A stretch of DNA of 64,000 nt from Gnetum montanum (Eukaryota > Plantae > Gnetophyta). The notes under the pieces are model-generated. The model was not told where the DNA came from and did not search any database. It worked only from the letters and a program-made list of their open reading frames with translations. Shown here piece by piece: positions 1 through 14,866 of this stretch. The stretch covers positions 1-64,000 of the forward strand of contig MNCI01002316.1 in the NCBI GenBank assembly GCA_015680685.1, in the 5' to 3' direction. Both the position numbers and the translations under genes were made by a program. The stretch's first letter is position 1, and every line of letters starts with the position of its first letter.

Positions 1-1370
1 GTGGAAGGAGAGGGTGAATGATGAGATGAAGGAGAAGAAGTAGGGAATCCATCACCATGGTGATGTTTCTTGTCTTCTCTTCGGTTTCTTTGGCCCTGAT
101 CGTTGTGACGATCAACGAGTCCATCATTAGTGTGAGTAGTGGTTCCTGCCGTGANNNNNNNNNNNNNNNNNNNNNNNNNNNNNNNNNNNNNNNNNNNNNN
201 NNNNNNNNNNNNNNNNNNNNNNNNNNNNNNNNNNNNNNNNNNNNNNNNNNNNNNNNNNNNNNNNNNNNNNNNNNNNNNNNNNNNNNNNNNNNNNNNNNNN
301 NNNNNNNNNNNNNNNNNNNNNNNNNNNNNNNNNNNNNNNNNNNNNNNNNNNNNNNNNNNNNNNNNNNNNNNNNNNNNNNNNNNNNNNNNNNNNNNNNNNN
401 NNNNNNNNNNNNNNNNNNNNNNNNNNNNNNNNNNNNNNNNNNNNNNNNNNNNNNNNNNNNNNNNNNNNNNNNNNNNNNNNNNNNNNNNNNNNNNNNNNNN
501 NNNNNNNNNNNNNNNNNNNNNNNNNNNNNNNNNNNNNNNNNNNNNNNNNNNNNNNNNNNNNNNNNNNNNNNNNNNNNNNNNNNNNNNNNNNNNNNNNNNN
601 NNNNNNNNNNNNNNNNNNNNNNNNNNNNNNNNNNNNNNNNNNNNNNNNNNNNNNNNNNNNNNNNNNNNNNNNNNNNNNNNNNNNNNNNNNNNNNNNNNNN
701 NNNNNNNNNNNNNNNNNNNNNNNNNNNNNNNNNNNNNNNNNNNNNNNNNNNNNNNNNNNNNNNNNNNNNNNNNNNNNNNNNNNNNNNNNNNNNNNNNNNN
801 NNNNNNNNNNNNNNNNNNNNNNNNNNNNNNNNNNNNNNNNNNNNNNNNNNNNNNNNNNNNNNNNNNNNNNNNNNNNNNNNNNNNNNNNNNNNNNNNNNNN
901 NNNNNNNNNNNNNNNNNNNNNNNNNNNNNNNNNNNNNNNNNNNNNNNNNNNNNNNNNNNNNNNNNNNNNNNNNNNNNNNNNNNNNNNNNNNNNNNNNNNN
1001 NNNNNNNNNNNNNNNNNNNNNNNNNNNNNNNNNNNNNNNNNNNNNNNNNNNNNNNNNNNNNNNNNNNNNNNNNNNNNNNNNNNNNNNNNNNNNNNNNNNN
1101 NNNTCTTTATTGCCGTACACAACTTGGGTTCAGGTTACAAGCTGCTCGAATAAAGAGCCGTTCACTCTAGGACTCCTACTGCGGGCACATGGGAAAAATT
1201 CTAACTCTGGAGTGATCAATCTGCCAGAGCTTCGCTACTTCTAGCCAGGATTGGGAAATGAAGGGAGTGCCGCCTCTTATTTATAGATATGGCGGCGGAC
1301 CGCGATATCGCGTACGTGATATCGCAGGGGAAGACGTGATATCGCGGCACATGCAGGTCGCGTCTCATCA
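1..1370 (-). mobile_element. 5' end of a relatively young LTR retrotransposon (5' LTR ending at 1370; low-complexity gag-like N-terminus at 1-153)
   Basis: The CpG-rich segment ends abruptly at ...CGTCTCATCA (minus-strand TGATGAGA.. LTR start). A minus-strand TATA (CTATAAATA) lies near 1280. Bases 1-153 read on minus as a His/Ser/Arg-rich peptide like the gag leaders of the Athila elements in this window. Confidence 0.5.
155..1102. other. Assembly gap (run of N)
   Basis: Continuous N run; the ORFs spanning it are artefacts. Confidence 0.99.
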
Positions 1371-4333
1371 ATGTATCTTACAGAATGCAATAAATTGGAA
1401 AGAGAATGAGCTAAAAGTTCAAGAAACTTCTAAAAGAATAAATGAAACTATCAAAGACTATTAATTCTCCTATCTTAAACAACATGAACAAGAAGGATTC
1501 CCATACAAGATTGGAGATACCAACAAAGGAGCTAATGAAAGAAAATCAAATGGTAAGGAGGTACTCCATGATAGAGGGCCTCATCTCAAACTCCATTAGT
1601 CATTCTCATATCAATAAGCAAGTAAGGTGAGTCATGGTAAGTGTTTATTCCCCTACTTTCTCAATTAAATTCATGACAGTTTTTAATTTTTTAAACTTTT
1701 TTTATATATCTTAATTCATGATAGGAAAAGTGTCTTAAAGAAAGATCTAGTATGGATATCTCTCATGTTATCCCATGAACTATTTATCTATTTACTATTC
1801 TTAAAATGTTTTATCCTTGAAGAAAATATGTATTTGAGAAACAAGAGGAAGGCATTGCATCCACATTTATCATAAGATACTACTAACATGAGAAATTGAA
1901 CCAAGTATTGCAGAAAAATAGGCAAAGTGAGGCATGATTTGATGATTAAGCAAAATAAATTTGTTATTTTTTTTCTAATAATTTTCTCTAATGTTATAAA
2001 CCTTTTTGGATTATTTAATATCCTTGTATAAGCATGATTGTGATAAATTAGCTACAGATCTTAAAAGTGTCAAAGGGGAATTAAGCACATATGTAGGAAG
2101 AGCTTGTACCTCATGAATTATTTTGGAACATTAATATAGGGGAAGTATATGAATACTTTCTTCAAGACATGATGCTTAGATAGAAAATAAAAGGTATATC
2201 CATCTGATACAAACTTGAAGGTAAAAGAGCAAGTTATTTTTTATTCAATCCTTAAAATTATTTTACCTAAAAGTAATCATCAATTGTGCAAGTTTCTAGA
2301 ATTCATTTGAATATATCTCTATTCTAGTACTGCATCATGTATATATTATGAATATAGTCTATTGAGTACTTAAGTTCCTTGTTGTTGATATAAACTAAAC
2401 TATTCCTATCTACGACATCACAAGCCTACTAAAGTGAGAAGAAGTACTCACATTTCTATTCTATGATAAAGCATCTTAGGGAGTTTTTGAAAATGAATTG
2501 ATAATATATTTGAAGTGTCTTTAAGATATATGTGATTAATGTGAACATCTTAATTAAAAATTACTTTATTTGATCTCTTGATCTAGCTCTGAAATTAGAA
2601 TTATTTCTTAAAAGTTGGGTTGAATTGATAATATATTTGAAGCATCTTTAAGATATATGTGATTAATGTGAACATCTTAATTAAAAATTACTTTATTTGA
2701 TCTCTTGATCTAGCTCTAAAATTAGATTTATTTCTTAAAATTTGGGTGTGTATGTACTTGTTTTCCTTCACATTAAATTACTATGTATATTTTTCTAATT
2801 ATGAAGATGTGATGAGAAAAATCTAATGAGGTTTTACTTAGATGAAGACTGTACAATCCTTAACTATCTTTTGATGATGTCTAGAAAGGGGGAAAATTTT
2901 ATGAATTCTCAATGGTAGTATGTGATGTGATGACTTGTGATATGATTATGATTTGCATGTCATGGGCAACATTGATATGATTATGATCTTATGGACATAT
3001 TTGATGGATATATTTAAACAATTCTAACCTTATGATGGTATTAATGACCATCCTTCTAGTTTAGAGATAAGATATTCAATACTTGTTTGTTAGCTCTTGA
3101 TCATAAATTCCCTTATTCAAATTCACAAGTGTCTTAATGATTAATGAATTTTGTGTTGTATTAAGGATGCATTTTTCATAGTCTTTCATCTTTCATCATC
3201 CTTAGCTCAATCGATTTTTGGATTTACTAACCCATTTTCTTAAATTTTGGACATCACCAAAAAGGGGAAGATTGTTGACCTTTTGGTATGTTAAAACCTT
3301 AAGGAAAATGGAGAACATAAAATGTTTATGGTGGATAATGTTTTTGTAGGACATGAACAAGAACTCCATAATGAGATCTGAGAACTCAAGGAAACAAGAT
3401 CTACGACAAGATGTTAAAACGAAGGCTACATGAATGAGATGAGAGCATGGACAAAAATGAAGGCTACAAATCAAATGAAGATGCTCCAAGGATTGGCAAG
3501 AAGGCAAAGTGAGAAGCAATACCCTCAAAGGTTAGAGCTCAAAAGTTGAGGAGATGTCTATGAAAAACAATAAACGTATATGTTCAAAGGTAGATGTCCC
3601 ATCTACTAGTGAGACATCTCTCCTAAATTGAGGCCAATCTTAATTAGACGTTCCAACTTCAAAGTAGATGTCTACATTAGCCATTTGGTAGCCATTACAT
3701 GAATTCCAATGAGTTTTTGAAAACTCTAAGGCTATAAGATGAGGACAAAATCTTGGGAATTGCATAAGCATTGTTCACATTCAAGCTCCTCATTATCTAT
3801 TCTATGCAATTCTATTCTTGCTCCTTATTATAACATCATTTTCTTAATTGCAATTTCTATTGAGCTTCAAGTACAACAACTTGTAAATTTAGCTACATTC
3901 TTTCCTTGTTCTTTTCTTTCATTCTTGTAGGCCCGTAGGGTTGTTGTGCTTCTTGCAAGAAGGCATCCATATTGAGCTTGTTGAGATCCTAAGGGATTGA
4001 ATGGTTTTGCATAATCAAAACACTTCGGTAGAGTGGAGCTTAATTTTGTAAAGTTTGTGGGATCGTTGAAACCAACTTTTCAGCTTTTTGGGACCTTGCA
4101 AGGTTGAGTGGTTTTGCAATGACAAAAAACTTTGGAGAAGATCTTGGAGCTTGTAGAAGGTGCAGTGCCCTTCAAACCACATTTTTTAGGGAACAAAGTA
4201 TAGATGTATGCATGGATTCCACCCATTGAGTGTGGAAGTACAAAATTTGGGTAACCACGTAAAATTTGGTGTGTTCATGTGGTAGGTGCAATGTTAATTA
4301 GGGAACTTATTCAACTCCCCTTCTAAGTTCTCA
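1371..4333 (+). mobile_element. 3' portion of a degenerate Ty1/Copia Sirevirus-like element (3' region plus 3' LTR ~3273-4333)
   Basis: PPT CACCAAAAAGGGGAAGAT directly before TGTTGA at 3273. Extra upstream PPT-like tracts occur at ~2068 (TGTCAAAGGGGAA) and ~2883 (AGAAAGGGGGAAAA). The LTR end TATTCAACTCCCCTTCTAAG..TCA resembles Sirevirus termini. Confidence 0.6.
2494..2747 (+). repeat. 127-bp tandem duplication
   Basis: TGAATTGATAATATATTTGAAG... starts at 2494 and again at 2621, nearly identical. Confidence 0.9.
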
Positions 4334-5009
4334 ATCCTTAATGGGTTTGATTTTGGGGGGCAATGCTAAGTTATAAAGTTCAAATTGGACTATTTATCTT
4401 GAAGTATACCTATATTACAATTATGTGAAGGTTCCAACATCAAAACATATATAGAAACTAGTATTTCTAGGTTACATGTTCAATTCCATGAGGTAGCATT
4501 AAGTATTTTTTTTCCCAAAAAATTCTATAAAATTTTTTTTGAAACTAATCCAATAGATCCAAGGGGTCTTAATGGACATAAGTAAAAATTTTACGTTTCA
4601 ATTTCAATATTTATTTGACAATGAGATAAGCAACCACCTCTTATTAGCATATAATTAAGTACTAAAAAGATAGTGATCCTTTACCCATTTCATATAGATT
4701 TACATAATATAAGTATCCATGATTTTTAACTAAGTTTAGCATGGGCTCATTAGATTTATATAATAGGACTTTGTAACTACTCAAATGATTATCATTGGTA
4801 TTGCTATTGAAGAAAAATATTTGTTATGTAAATAATATATTAGCATATAATATAATTAATATTTTATCATAGGTTTTCTAAAATTTTTTACATGATATTG
4901 CAAACAAAATAAATAAATACCTCTACATCTTTAAAATACTATACTTTACAATAAGTAATAACTAGCTTGGTTATATATTTATAATATATATCTTTGTAAT
5001 TTTAGGGAC

Positions 5010-5151
5010 TATAATTTGAAGTGATGGTAATGGGCTTGTTTCTCAAGTTAAAGACATGGGTTCAAGTGTGGGTGTAACCACTTAAAGAGGTTAAGCTTTG
5101 TTTACCTACCAATCCCATTAGGAACCCACTTAGTAGGATGAGCATTATGGG
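5010..5151 (+). mobile_element. Possible degenerate tRNA-derived SINE (Au-like), cut at its 3' end by the LTR at 5152
   Basis: A-box-like TGAAGTGATGG and B-box-like GGGTTCAAGT at tRNA-like spacing. The downstream TAAGCT..TAC..CCC..GGAACCC..GAGC order recalls Au SINEs. Confidence 0.35.
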
Positions 5152-6087
5152 TGATAAAACCTATTTTTAATGAGCCATGATATCGTATCTACGATATCAC
5201 ATTTATAATATCGTATCTACGACATCGCAACCCTACATATGTCATTGTTGATGCAATGTAGAGAATCCTGGTCAACATTATAAATACCAATCCTTGATTG
5301 CATTTAACGAACACCTTTTCATTCAACACTTAGTAAAATTTTTACAATTTTTTTTCATGACCTAGACTTAGCAATAGAGTGAATGCCCATAGTATGGTGT
5401 TGAACAATTGTATGGAATCTTTGTTTGATTGGATTGTACTTGGGGATAATTCATGGCTAGAAAGAAAGATCAACATTGTTTTTCACCATTACCACATTAT
5501 ACTTAGTTTCTTTATTTTTACATAGTCATTTTTCTTACATAGTTTAATTTTCATTTCTTTAATATGTTTAATTTAGTTTAGTTCTTTATATTTTCTAAGT
5601 ACTTTACTTTTCCCATGTTCATTATTAATAAGGCAAAATATGTATGATTTGTTTTAGTGTTAAGTATAATTGTTTGGTAACCTAGTGGTGACTTCACTTG
5701 ATTTGCTCACTAGTGAATTCACTTGGTGATCCTAATAACAATTACATGAGCCTTGTGTGTGTATGAAAAGCCATGAATGGATGCTTATCACCATAGGCTA
5801 GGATAGATTTACATTTTAGTTAGCACTTAGATTTAGACATTATTCTCATGTTCATTATGGAAGAACTTAGGATTAATTTGAGCCAACAACATCATGATAT
5901 CATATGCTTCATTGAGATTTAAACCATACAACTTGTACTTTACTAACTTAATGTGAGAAGACAATGATCACAAATCAACTATCAATCACTAGCATACCTA
6001 CATTGTCTATCAATGGATTACAATCTGGTCATGTGTGTGCACTCATGACTTGTATGATAAAGTGTTGGAATACCTAGCCACTCATCA
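5152..6087 (+). repeat. 5' LTR of element A
   Basis: TG...CA termini, TATAAATA at ~5279, PBS immediately 3'; inverted homologue at 13960-14866. Confidence 0.9.
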
Positions 6088-9000
6088 TTGGTGTTGTTTT
6101 TGGGGATGTGCCAATTTTTGCTTAGTAGTTGATTTTATAGAGTTCATTATATTAAGAATTACAAAGTATATTTTCATACTTGAATTGATTCTTTTAACAC
6201 ACACACATACTTAAAAGCATCAAAAACATAATATGGCTTCTACACTTAAGGAAAATCACCACCTACCAATAAAATTCCTAAGAACCATGACAAAGGATAT
6301 GATGAAGAAGATTGGAGTATGCCCATGCAAACTAGAATCTCCTATGCTCATACTAATCCATATAAACTTGCTTTGACATTTGTCTTTCAACAGGATGAAT
6401 AGCTAAGTTGGAGACATTTACATGGCAACATCATTTTGCCTCCAGAATGTTCTACACCATCAATGTTGCAAGAAACCCTCATATGGTCAAACCTTAGCCA
6501 TGTATAGGAAGGATATCACATTACAAAGTACATGACCTGACCATACCAGATAATAGAAGCTCAAATAAGAAGGGATGTGACTATGAAAACCAAACATGAG
6601 ATTAATAAAGGAAAGAAAGTACCATAGATGGTTGTTCTAGAGGAAAGAGATAATGCAATGTTTCATACATAGAAATTTTATCAAACCCATGGATCTCAAT
6701 ATCAAACACATGTTGTCCATATCAAAGATCCTATTAAGATATAATTACATTCAAATATTGTAGAAACACCTAGAGACGATAAGAAAGACTCCATACTTAG
6801 GAGGAATCCAAGGTCAAGAACCTCCACTAAATTAAAAAGGGATGAATCAAGGAGTCATAGAAATAGAACCAGTAGGCACAGTTCTCTAACCTCTTTCACT
6901 TCATCCTCACACTTATCTAGATATTATGACAAGAGAGAAAGAAGAATGAGGGATCATGATAGGAAAAATAAAAGGGATCTTAAGAGGAATAAACATCAAA
7001 GAAGACATTCTTATAAAGAAGAGAATAACTACAAAAGAAGAAGAGATAGGATCATACATAAAGAAAGAGAGCATTATGAGCATTGAAGGGATCATAACTA
7101 AAATAGAGTCTATGAACCCAAAGCTCATGAAGAACCCCTGTTGAACACTCATAATATGATTAATATAAGAGAAGCATCGTATATCCCTACCAAACACATA
7201 AGAGATAGTCACATGAAGCAACTAGATATGAACATTATTTCCAAGTTTGAAGATGGATACAACATAGATCCACAAGATTACCTCCAAGCCTTCCACAATG
7301 CCTATGCCCTTCAAAATATTGAAAATGATTAGTAAAAATTAAAGTTATTTCCTAGAATACTCATCAAGAAAGCAAAGAGCTAGTATCAATCCTTAGAACT
7401 AGAAACAATATGAAGATGAAGTACCATGTTGGAGCTTTTAATGACAAATATCAAACCTATTCTAGAGTGTTCAATTTAAGAAAAAAAATTCAAAGATGGA
7501 AGAAAGGGACACATAAATCCCTTAATGCAGCAATGGATAGATATTATTCATTACTACATAGATGCCTAGGCCATGGATTTTCTCAAAGGGAGCAACTTAG
7601 GAATATCATTGATTCATTAAGGAACAAGACTAGAGAAACTCTTGGAGTATATGCCCAAGGTAAGTTATCTAAAATGATAGTCCATAAAATTCAAAGACTA
7701 ATAAATGAAGTAGCCAAAGAGAAAGGAGAACTAAAGAAACGAGAATCAACCAAAAAATACAATCAAGATTTAGCAATAAGATAAAGGGAAGTGAGAATAT
7801 GCAAAAAATAAGAAGAGGAAACCTTGGAGGATGTCATCCAAAAGAAGATCCTACCCATCCAAATATCAATCAATGACATTGCAACAAAGGTAGAGAAAAT
7901 GTGGGATTTTATGAATGAAAAATTTGCTACTACACTTAAGATAGTAGAGGAAAAGACTAAACAAGATCTAAACAAAAATAAGGAAAGGAAAAAAAGAAGA
8001 GATAATGGACAAGAGAACTATAGACATAAAGAAAAAGTTACTGAAATTAAAGAATTAACATACTCTAGTTTGGAAGAAGAAGAAGGATGCAAGGTATGCC
8101 AATATGAACATCCTAAAGGATGTTTCCCTATTATGGTCCACTTGCAAGAGTCTTGGGCATATGTACTTAACTCAAAATTTTCAAAAAATAGATGTTGAGA
8201 AGATTACCTTACCCATAGGGTAACTTTTAACAACCTTACCAACCATCATATTATCTAGGTGGAGCTTATCCGCAACTACAAGAGCAATATCAGCAACAGT
8301 GAAAACAACTACAAGCATGAGGAATGCAACCACCAAGGTAGTAATATCCATACCATCAACTTGATCCTTATGGATATTACATTCAACATCCAATCTCTCT
8401 GAGAAATGCTTCAGTTCATAACTCCTATCAATACTATCCACCAAAGTATCATATACTTAGTACTTCATGAATGGATCCTAATTTTTATGCACATCAACTA
8501 GCAACTGATTCATCAATCCCAACTCCTAACTCTCTACCACTAGTGCCACCATTGGTTATGCAAGAAAAATTGCCAACATAACTGCAACAAAAGAAAACTA
8601 CCAAGGTAGTCAAAACACAAGAGGATGTGATGGTAAGTAAACCTAGATCTAGTAAATGTTCATTTTTCAAAATAGTTCTTTAAAAAATTCAAAGGATGGG
8701 GACTCCACCAACATCCATCCCATCTACACATACTCCTAAAGGGAACACTATACTTCTACATCCTAAAAAATTAGAACCTGACCACTATCATGCTCACTCA
8801 AATTGTAACATACTGGATTGAGGTAGGATCACTTCCCAAGAAGAAAATAAATCTCAAAATTCCCTTATCATACCTTTAGATAGCAAGACATAAACCTTGC
8901 AAGGCTCTACTAGATTCTAGGTTAGGAGTAAATCTAAATTCACAAGACATGTACAAAGCCTGGAATCTTCCTCCACTCAAGAACTTGCAAATTAGTTAAT

Positions 9001-12000
9001 CATTGTTCCACTTGGACAAATAGAAGATGTCATTACCACCATAAGTGACTAGTCCTACCTTGTTGACTTCTTACTTATACATGTGGAGAAAAAAGAAGGG
9101 GAATTTTCTATAATTATGGAAAGAGCATGGCTTAGCACTATGAATGCTAAGCTAGGTATCAGAGGCTTCTCCTTGAAAATTTCCAATGAAGATAAAGCTA
9201 GAATTATACAAAGACGTTGAGTTCCATGTATCACATATAGTGATAGAGAGTGTAATTGCATGTAGAAAATTTGGGCCATGAAACAAGGAACCAATACAAC
9301 ATACAATCAATGTATATAATATATGTGTATGAAATCTATATGTAGCAACTACCAGAAAAGAAGGCACCCAATGGTTGATTACTAATAAAGAGACAAAAGT
9401 CTAATATGTGCATGAAACCATTAAATAAAATCACAAGTGCCTATGTTGAAGAAACTGATAATTTAGAATAGTTAAGAAGTAGACATCCCTATGTACAATC
9501 ACATCAAGAAGAAGATATCGAATGTTACCAATTAGAGATTCAAGATAAGTATGCCAAACATATTAGAGTATGCCTTCTTGAATAACAAAAAAAAATGATA
9601 ATTATAAATGCTAGTCTTAATAAAGAAAAAAGAGAAGATTCTTAAAAGTGGTGAATAAATGGCCAATAGCAATCACATGTTCATACAATAAAATAATGGG
9701 TATAGATCCACACAAATGTCAACACCAAATCTATATAGATCCAACTATCAAACCTTGTTACCAACCACAAAGAAGAATGAATCCTAAACTCAAAGAAGTG
9801 GTCAAAAAGAATTGGAAAAACTATTAAATGAAAGGTTCATCTATCCAATAGAAGAGAGTAAATGGGTCAATTACTTAGTCATTGTCCCAAAGAAAGGATT
9901 GGACCATTTTCCCTTACCAATTGTTGACCAAGTCCTTGATACTATTGTAGGACATTAATACTAGACTTTCCTCAATGGGTGCAATGGGTATAACCAAATC
10001 CACATTGCACCAGAAGATCAAGAGAATACTACATTCACCAATCCATGAGGAACATTTTCCTACAAATAAATATCTTTTGGCTTGTGTAATGCTCCCTCTA
10101 CCTTCCAAGGACTTGTACTGAGTATCTTTTAAAATCAAATTGGCAATAAAGTGGAAGTATTCATGGATGACTTTTCCACATATGGGCTAGACTTCAAACA
10201 AGCCTTGGATTGACTAGAGAAAATTCTAAAAAGATGTGTTGAAACAAATCTAAAGTTCAATTGGTAGAAAAGCCATTTAATGGTCCAAGATGGTATTGTT
10301 CTAAGACACAAAATATCTAAAAATGGAATAGAGGTAAATCCTAATAAGATAAGAGTCATTCAAACATCACCGAGTAGCCACAAACTATTAAGGATGTTAG
10401 ATCATTCCTTAGCCATACAAGATATTATAGAAGGTTTATTAAGAATTTTTCAAAGATCACAAAGATGCTAGTAGAACTTACAAGGAAAGATGCATCATTC
10501 CAATGGATAGAACAATGTAAGAAGGCATTTGAGACATTAAAATATAAGTTGATTGAAACACTAGTCCTTTGAGCTCTAGATTGGTCCAAGCCCTTCCACA
10601 TTATGACAGATTCTTCAAACTATACATTAGAAGTAGTTTTCACTTAGCTTGATTATAAAAAAACCATATTACATACACTACACTAGTCAAAGCATCACTA
10701 GGGCACAACTTAATTACACCACTATAGAAAAGAAGCTTTTTGCCATGGTGTACACACTTGAGAAATTTAGACATTACGTGCTCGAGTACCCTATTTATGT
10801 CCACATGGATCATAGTGCTATCAGATTTTCGATGAATAAACCAGTGATCAGTCTAAGGGTGATATGATGGCTTGTGATATTAAAGGAGTTTGACATCATC
10901 ATGATAAATAATAAGGAAACTAAAAATGTTGTAGCTAACCATTTGTCAAGATTAAGATGAGAACTGAAAGAATAGGATGAACCATTATTAGACCACTTTC
11001 TTAATGAAAATTTATTTGCAATAACAACAGTGACTATTAACTCAATAGAAAATTCATGGATTACTAATTACATGACTTACCTCATTATACAAGAGCTTCC
11101 TATTGAGTGGAACAAGAAACAAAAAGAACAATTTCTCCACTAAGTTAAATGGTATATGGAAATTAATGGAAATGTTTACAGGATATGTGCCGATGGATTA
11201 GTAAGATGGTGTGTTCTAGAAGAGAGCTAACAAAGAACTCTACAAGATGTGCATGAGGGACCATGTGGCAGTCACTACTCAAGATGTAGAAAAAAAATGA
11301 AGTTGATGATGCTAGCATAATTTTGGCCTACCATAGTCAGGGATGCATACAAATTCACTTAATCTTGTAAAAGATGTTAATGTGATAGAGGACTAACAGC
11401 TAGAAATGAAGGTCCACAGCCATGGATACAATCATTAGAACCATTTGATATTTGAAATATTAATTTTAAGGGGTCCATCATACCAATGTCAAATGGGAAA
11501 TCATACATCATAGTGAGAGTTAATTATTGTACAAAGTGGGAAAAAGCAATTGCAGTCAAAGATTGCATAGCCAAAATAGCTTCTAAGTTCTTCCAATAAC
11601 ATGTGGTGAATAGATTTGGAGTCCCATGCATGCTCATATCAAACAACAACACTCATTTTATAGGAGCTACATTCAAAAAGCTAATGTAATAACTTGGGGT
11701 GGATCACAAATTAACTACACCATACCATCCCCAAGAAAATGGTTAATCAAAAGTGACGAATAGGAAAATCACAAGAATATTAACTAGAATAGTTAGTTGA
11801 TTTAGAAAGGATTAGAGCACTAAGCTAAAGGATGCTATATGGGCATACAAGTCCACATGAAAACTTCTGATAGGATATTCACCCTATGAACTAGTTTATG
11901 GAAAACTTCCTGCACTACCAATCTGAGTAAAGCTACAAACTTTAGCCACTACTAGTGTACTTAACTTAGACTTAAACTTAGCTTAAAAAGAATGTCTCAT

Positions 12001-13955
12001 GCATCTTAACCTTCTAGAGAAAAATAGTCTTATAACTTTAATGAGTAATAAGGTTTACAGGAAATACTCCAAATGTAGGCATGATGATTAAATGAGATAA
12101 ATATCAATCCAACTGGGTGATAAAGTTCTCTATTACAATCCCAATTATGTGCCATAAAAGGCTAAGTTCTAAACCTTATGGGAAGGGTCCTATATTGTCC
12201 ATGCAACATACTGATTAGACACCATGCAAATCTATCACCCAACCAACTCACAAAAGCTTATCTTGGTCAATATTTAACAAATCAAACCATATCATGACTC
12301 CCCATACTCTTTTAAGGACTCTACCCTATCTACCAAGCAAGTTACCACTCATTCGATTCTCAGCATAGTCATGGGGGTGGCTAGTTTGCCACTTAGGCTC
12401 TGAACCATTTCTTTTCTTACTACTTTTCACATTCTTCAATATCTTTTCTATTCTTTTATACTTTTCTTATTTCTTAATCATTTTCTGTTCTTTAATATCT
12501 TTTAAATTCTTTCTACATTTTTCCATTCTTATCATTTTTCTACAATTTCTCATCATTTTTCTTGTACATATTTTTTTTTTTTGATTTTTCTAATAGAGTG
12601 CAAGAAATAAAAACAAGATGTAGTTCCAATAATGTGAATATTGCCCTATATTATCAACTCATTGGAAGACTAGTTTGGTATACAATGAGACCATATCATC
12701 CATCCACTCATTTCCAATAATTAGAGGTTCTTACCATGGCCATAATGACATTCTCTTCATAATAAAACTAAAATAAACTTGGGATCACTATGCCTAGATA
12801 GAAAAGTGAAGATCCAAGTGGTGATAAACATGGTGTGACATCAAGAAGATTTGTGAATCTTCTAAGACTACTACTATAAGTTTTATCCTATTGTTTATAT
12901 TGTATCATTTACTTGAGTTTAACAAAAAATAAAAGTATGTTTAAAATAAGTGCTAATTTACCATGTTAGTGGAAAGACATGTTACCCATGCCTAAAGATA
13001 GGTGGCTTCTCATAAATTTAAAAAATTAATAAAAAGTATGCTAGTAATAAACTACTTCCTTAAACTTCATTACCAAGTGTTAATGCTTCTTGCAACCATG
13101 GTAGTCTTGTGGTTCTTAATTTTGGGATGATGCAATGCAATGTCACTAGTAAGTGGTATGGACGTGGTTTGTATCTTGGATAGAAAGGCTAATGATTACT
13201 TTAAACACATATCACACAAAGAATCCATTATGCCTATGGTAAGACATCTCACATCCTAATTTCAGCAATCCTTTCTACTCCTATTCCACCTCACTAATAT
13301 ATATAATCATAATTCAATGGTTTTGTATAATATAGTGTTATTTTCTCATTCAAGTAATACTAACATGTGTGTTTTGCAAGATAAGTATGTTTTACATTCA
13401 ACTCCTTAAGTGCCTACAGACACTTGTAGGTGTGGTTATATAAGGACACTAAGGGCTAAAGCTTGCTTTGGGGAGGATCCACTTGTATAACTCTTGTACT
13501 TCATATCCAATGATCAATTTCACAGCATTTGGTACCTTGAAGACACTTAAACCATCAATTTTTACTTTTTTGCATTCTCATAACTAATCATACTTTTGGA
13601 AATTCCTACAACCATCTCCTATATATCTCATTGACTTTCTTTGTCAAAGATTCCTTCTTTCACAATCTTTCACTATCAAAGTTTTATATTCTAATCATCA
13701 TCTATGATTAGACACCCCTTAGACCACCTACAAACTATCCATTTCACAATATTTTTCTAACAAAAATCACTCAAAATGCCAAATTATTTGAAAATGATGT
13801 CGTAGCTACAATGTATTAGGTCCTACTACATTATAACTATGATGTTGTATCTACAATGTATTCAATATAAAACACCTATATATACACGTAGGATATAGGA
13901 AATTTTTCATCATTTTCATTTCTATCAAGGGGAGTTCATGCTATTTTTCTAACCC
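5152..13955 (+). mobile_element. Athila-like Ty3/Gypsy element A (5' LTR, PBS, gag-pol pseudogene, 3'-truncated)
   Basis: LTR TGATAAAACC...CACTCATCA at 5152-6087, then degenerate Asp-type PBS TTGGTGTTGTTTTTGGGGA. gag ~7200-7750; protease (KALLDS..GVNL) ~8900; RT (DHFPLP, GLCNAPSTFQ, FMDDF) ~9650-10300; RNase H (QLNYTTIEKKLFAMVYTLEKFRHY) ~10650; integrase (H..PCG.H, TPYHPQENG) ~11200-12300. Many stops. Confidence 0.92.
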
Positions 13956-13959
13956 TCTA

Positions 13960-14866
13960 TGATGAGTGGTTGGGTATCCCAACACTCTACCATGCAAGTC
14001 ATAACTGCACACGTGCAACCATATTGTAATCCATGGATGGATAATATAAGTATACTAGTGGTTGATAATTGGTCAGTGATCATTGTCTTTCCACCTTGAG
14101 CTAGTGAAGTATGAGTAGTACGGTTTAGCTCTTAGTGATGTATGTGATATGTTGATATTGTAGGCTCATATTACTTCTAAGTGTATTCATAATGGGAGAT
14201 AAAAATAAAATCTAAGTTTAAGTGATGACAGAAATGTAAATCTATTCTATTCTATGATAATGAGCATCTGTTCCTAGCTTTCCATACATGTCCTAGGCTC
14301 ATGCAACTATTATTTGGTTTACCAAGTGAGTTCACTACTAAGCGAATCAAGTGAAGCCACTACTGGGTTTATCAAACAATTACACTTATACACTCAAAAC
14401 TAGGCATACTCATTCTACCTTATTAATGAACATGGAAAAGTAAAGTACTTGAAAAATGTAAAGGACTAAACTAAAGTAAACATATTAAAGGAATGAAAAT
14501 TAAGCTAAGTAAAGAAAATGACTAACCAAAAAATAAAAAACTAAGTGTAATGCTGCAATGGTGGCAAATAATCTCAACCTTTATTTCTATTCATGAACTA
14601 TGCCCAAGTACAATCCACTTGAATAAATATTTCATTCAACTATTCAACACCATACTATAGGCATTCACGCTATCACCAAGTCTAAGCAATGAAAACAAAC
14701 TGTAATAGCTTCACTAAGGATGGAATGAAAGTTGTTCATTTTTTACAACCAAGTGTTGGTATTTATAGGGGTGACTAGGATCATCTTTATCACATCAATG
14801 ATGATGTATGCAAGGCTGTGATGTCATAGATACAATATCATGGCTCATTAAAAATAGGTTTTATCA
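13960..14866 (-). repeat. 3' LTR of element B
   Basis: TGATGAGTGG...AAAATAGGTTTTATCA is the reverse complement of the element A LTR. Confidence 0.9.

Noticed and set aside
57-1244. Long ORFs of 331-395 aa
   Set aside because: They consist of X residues spanning the N gap.
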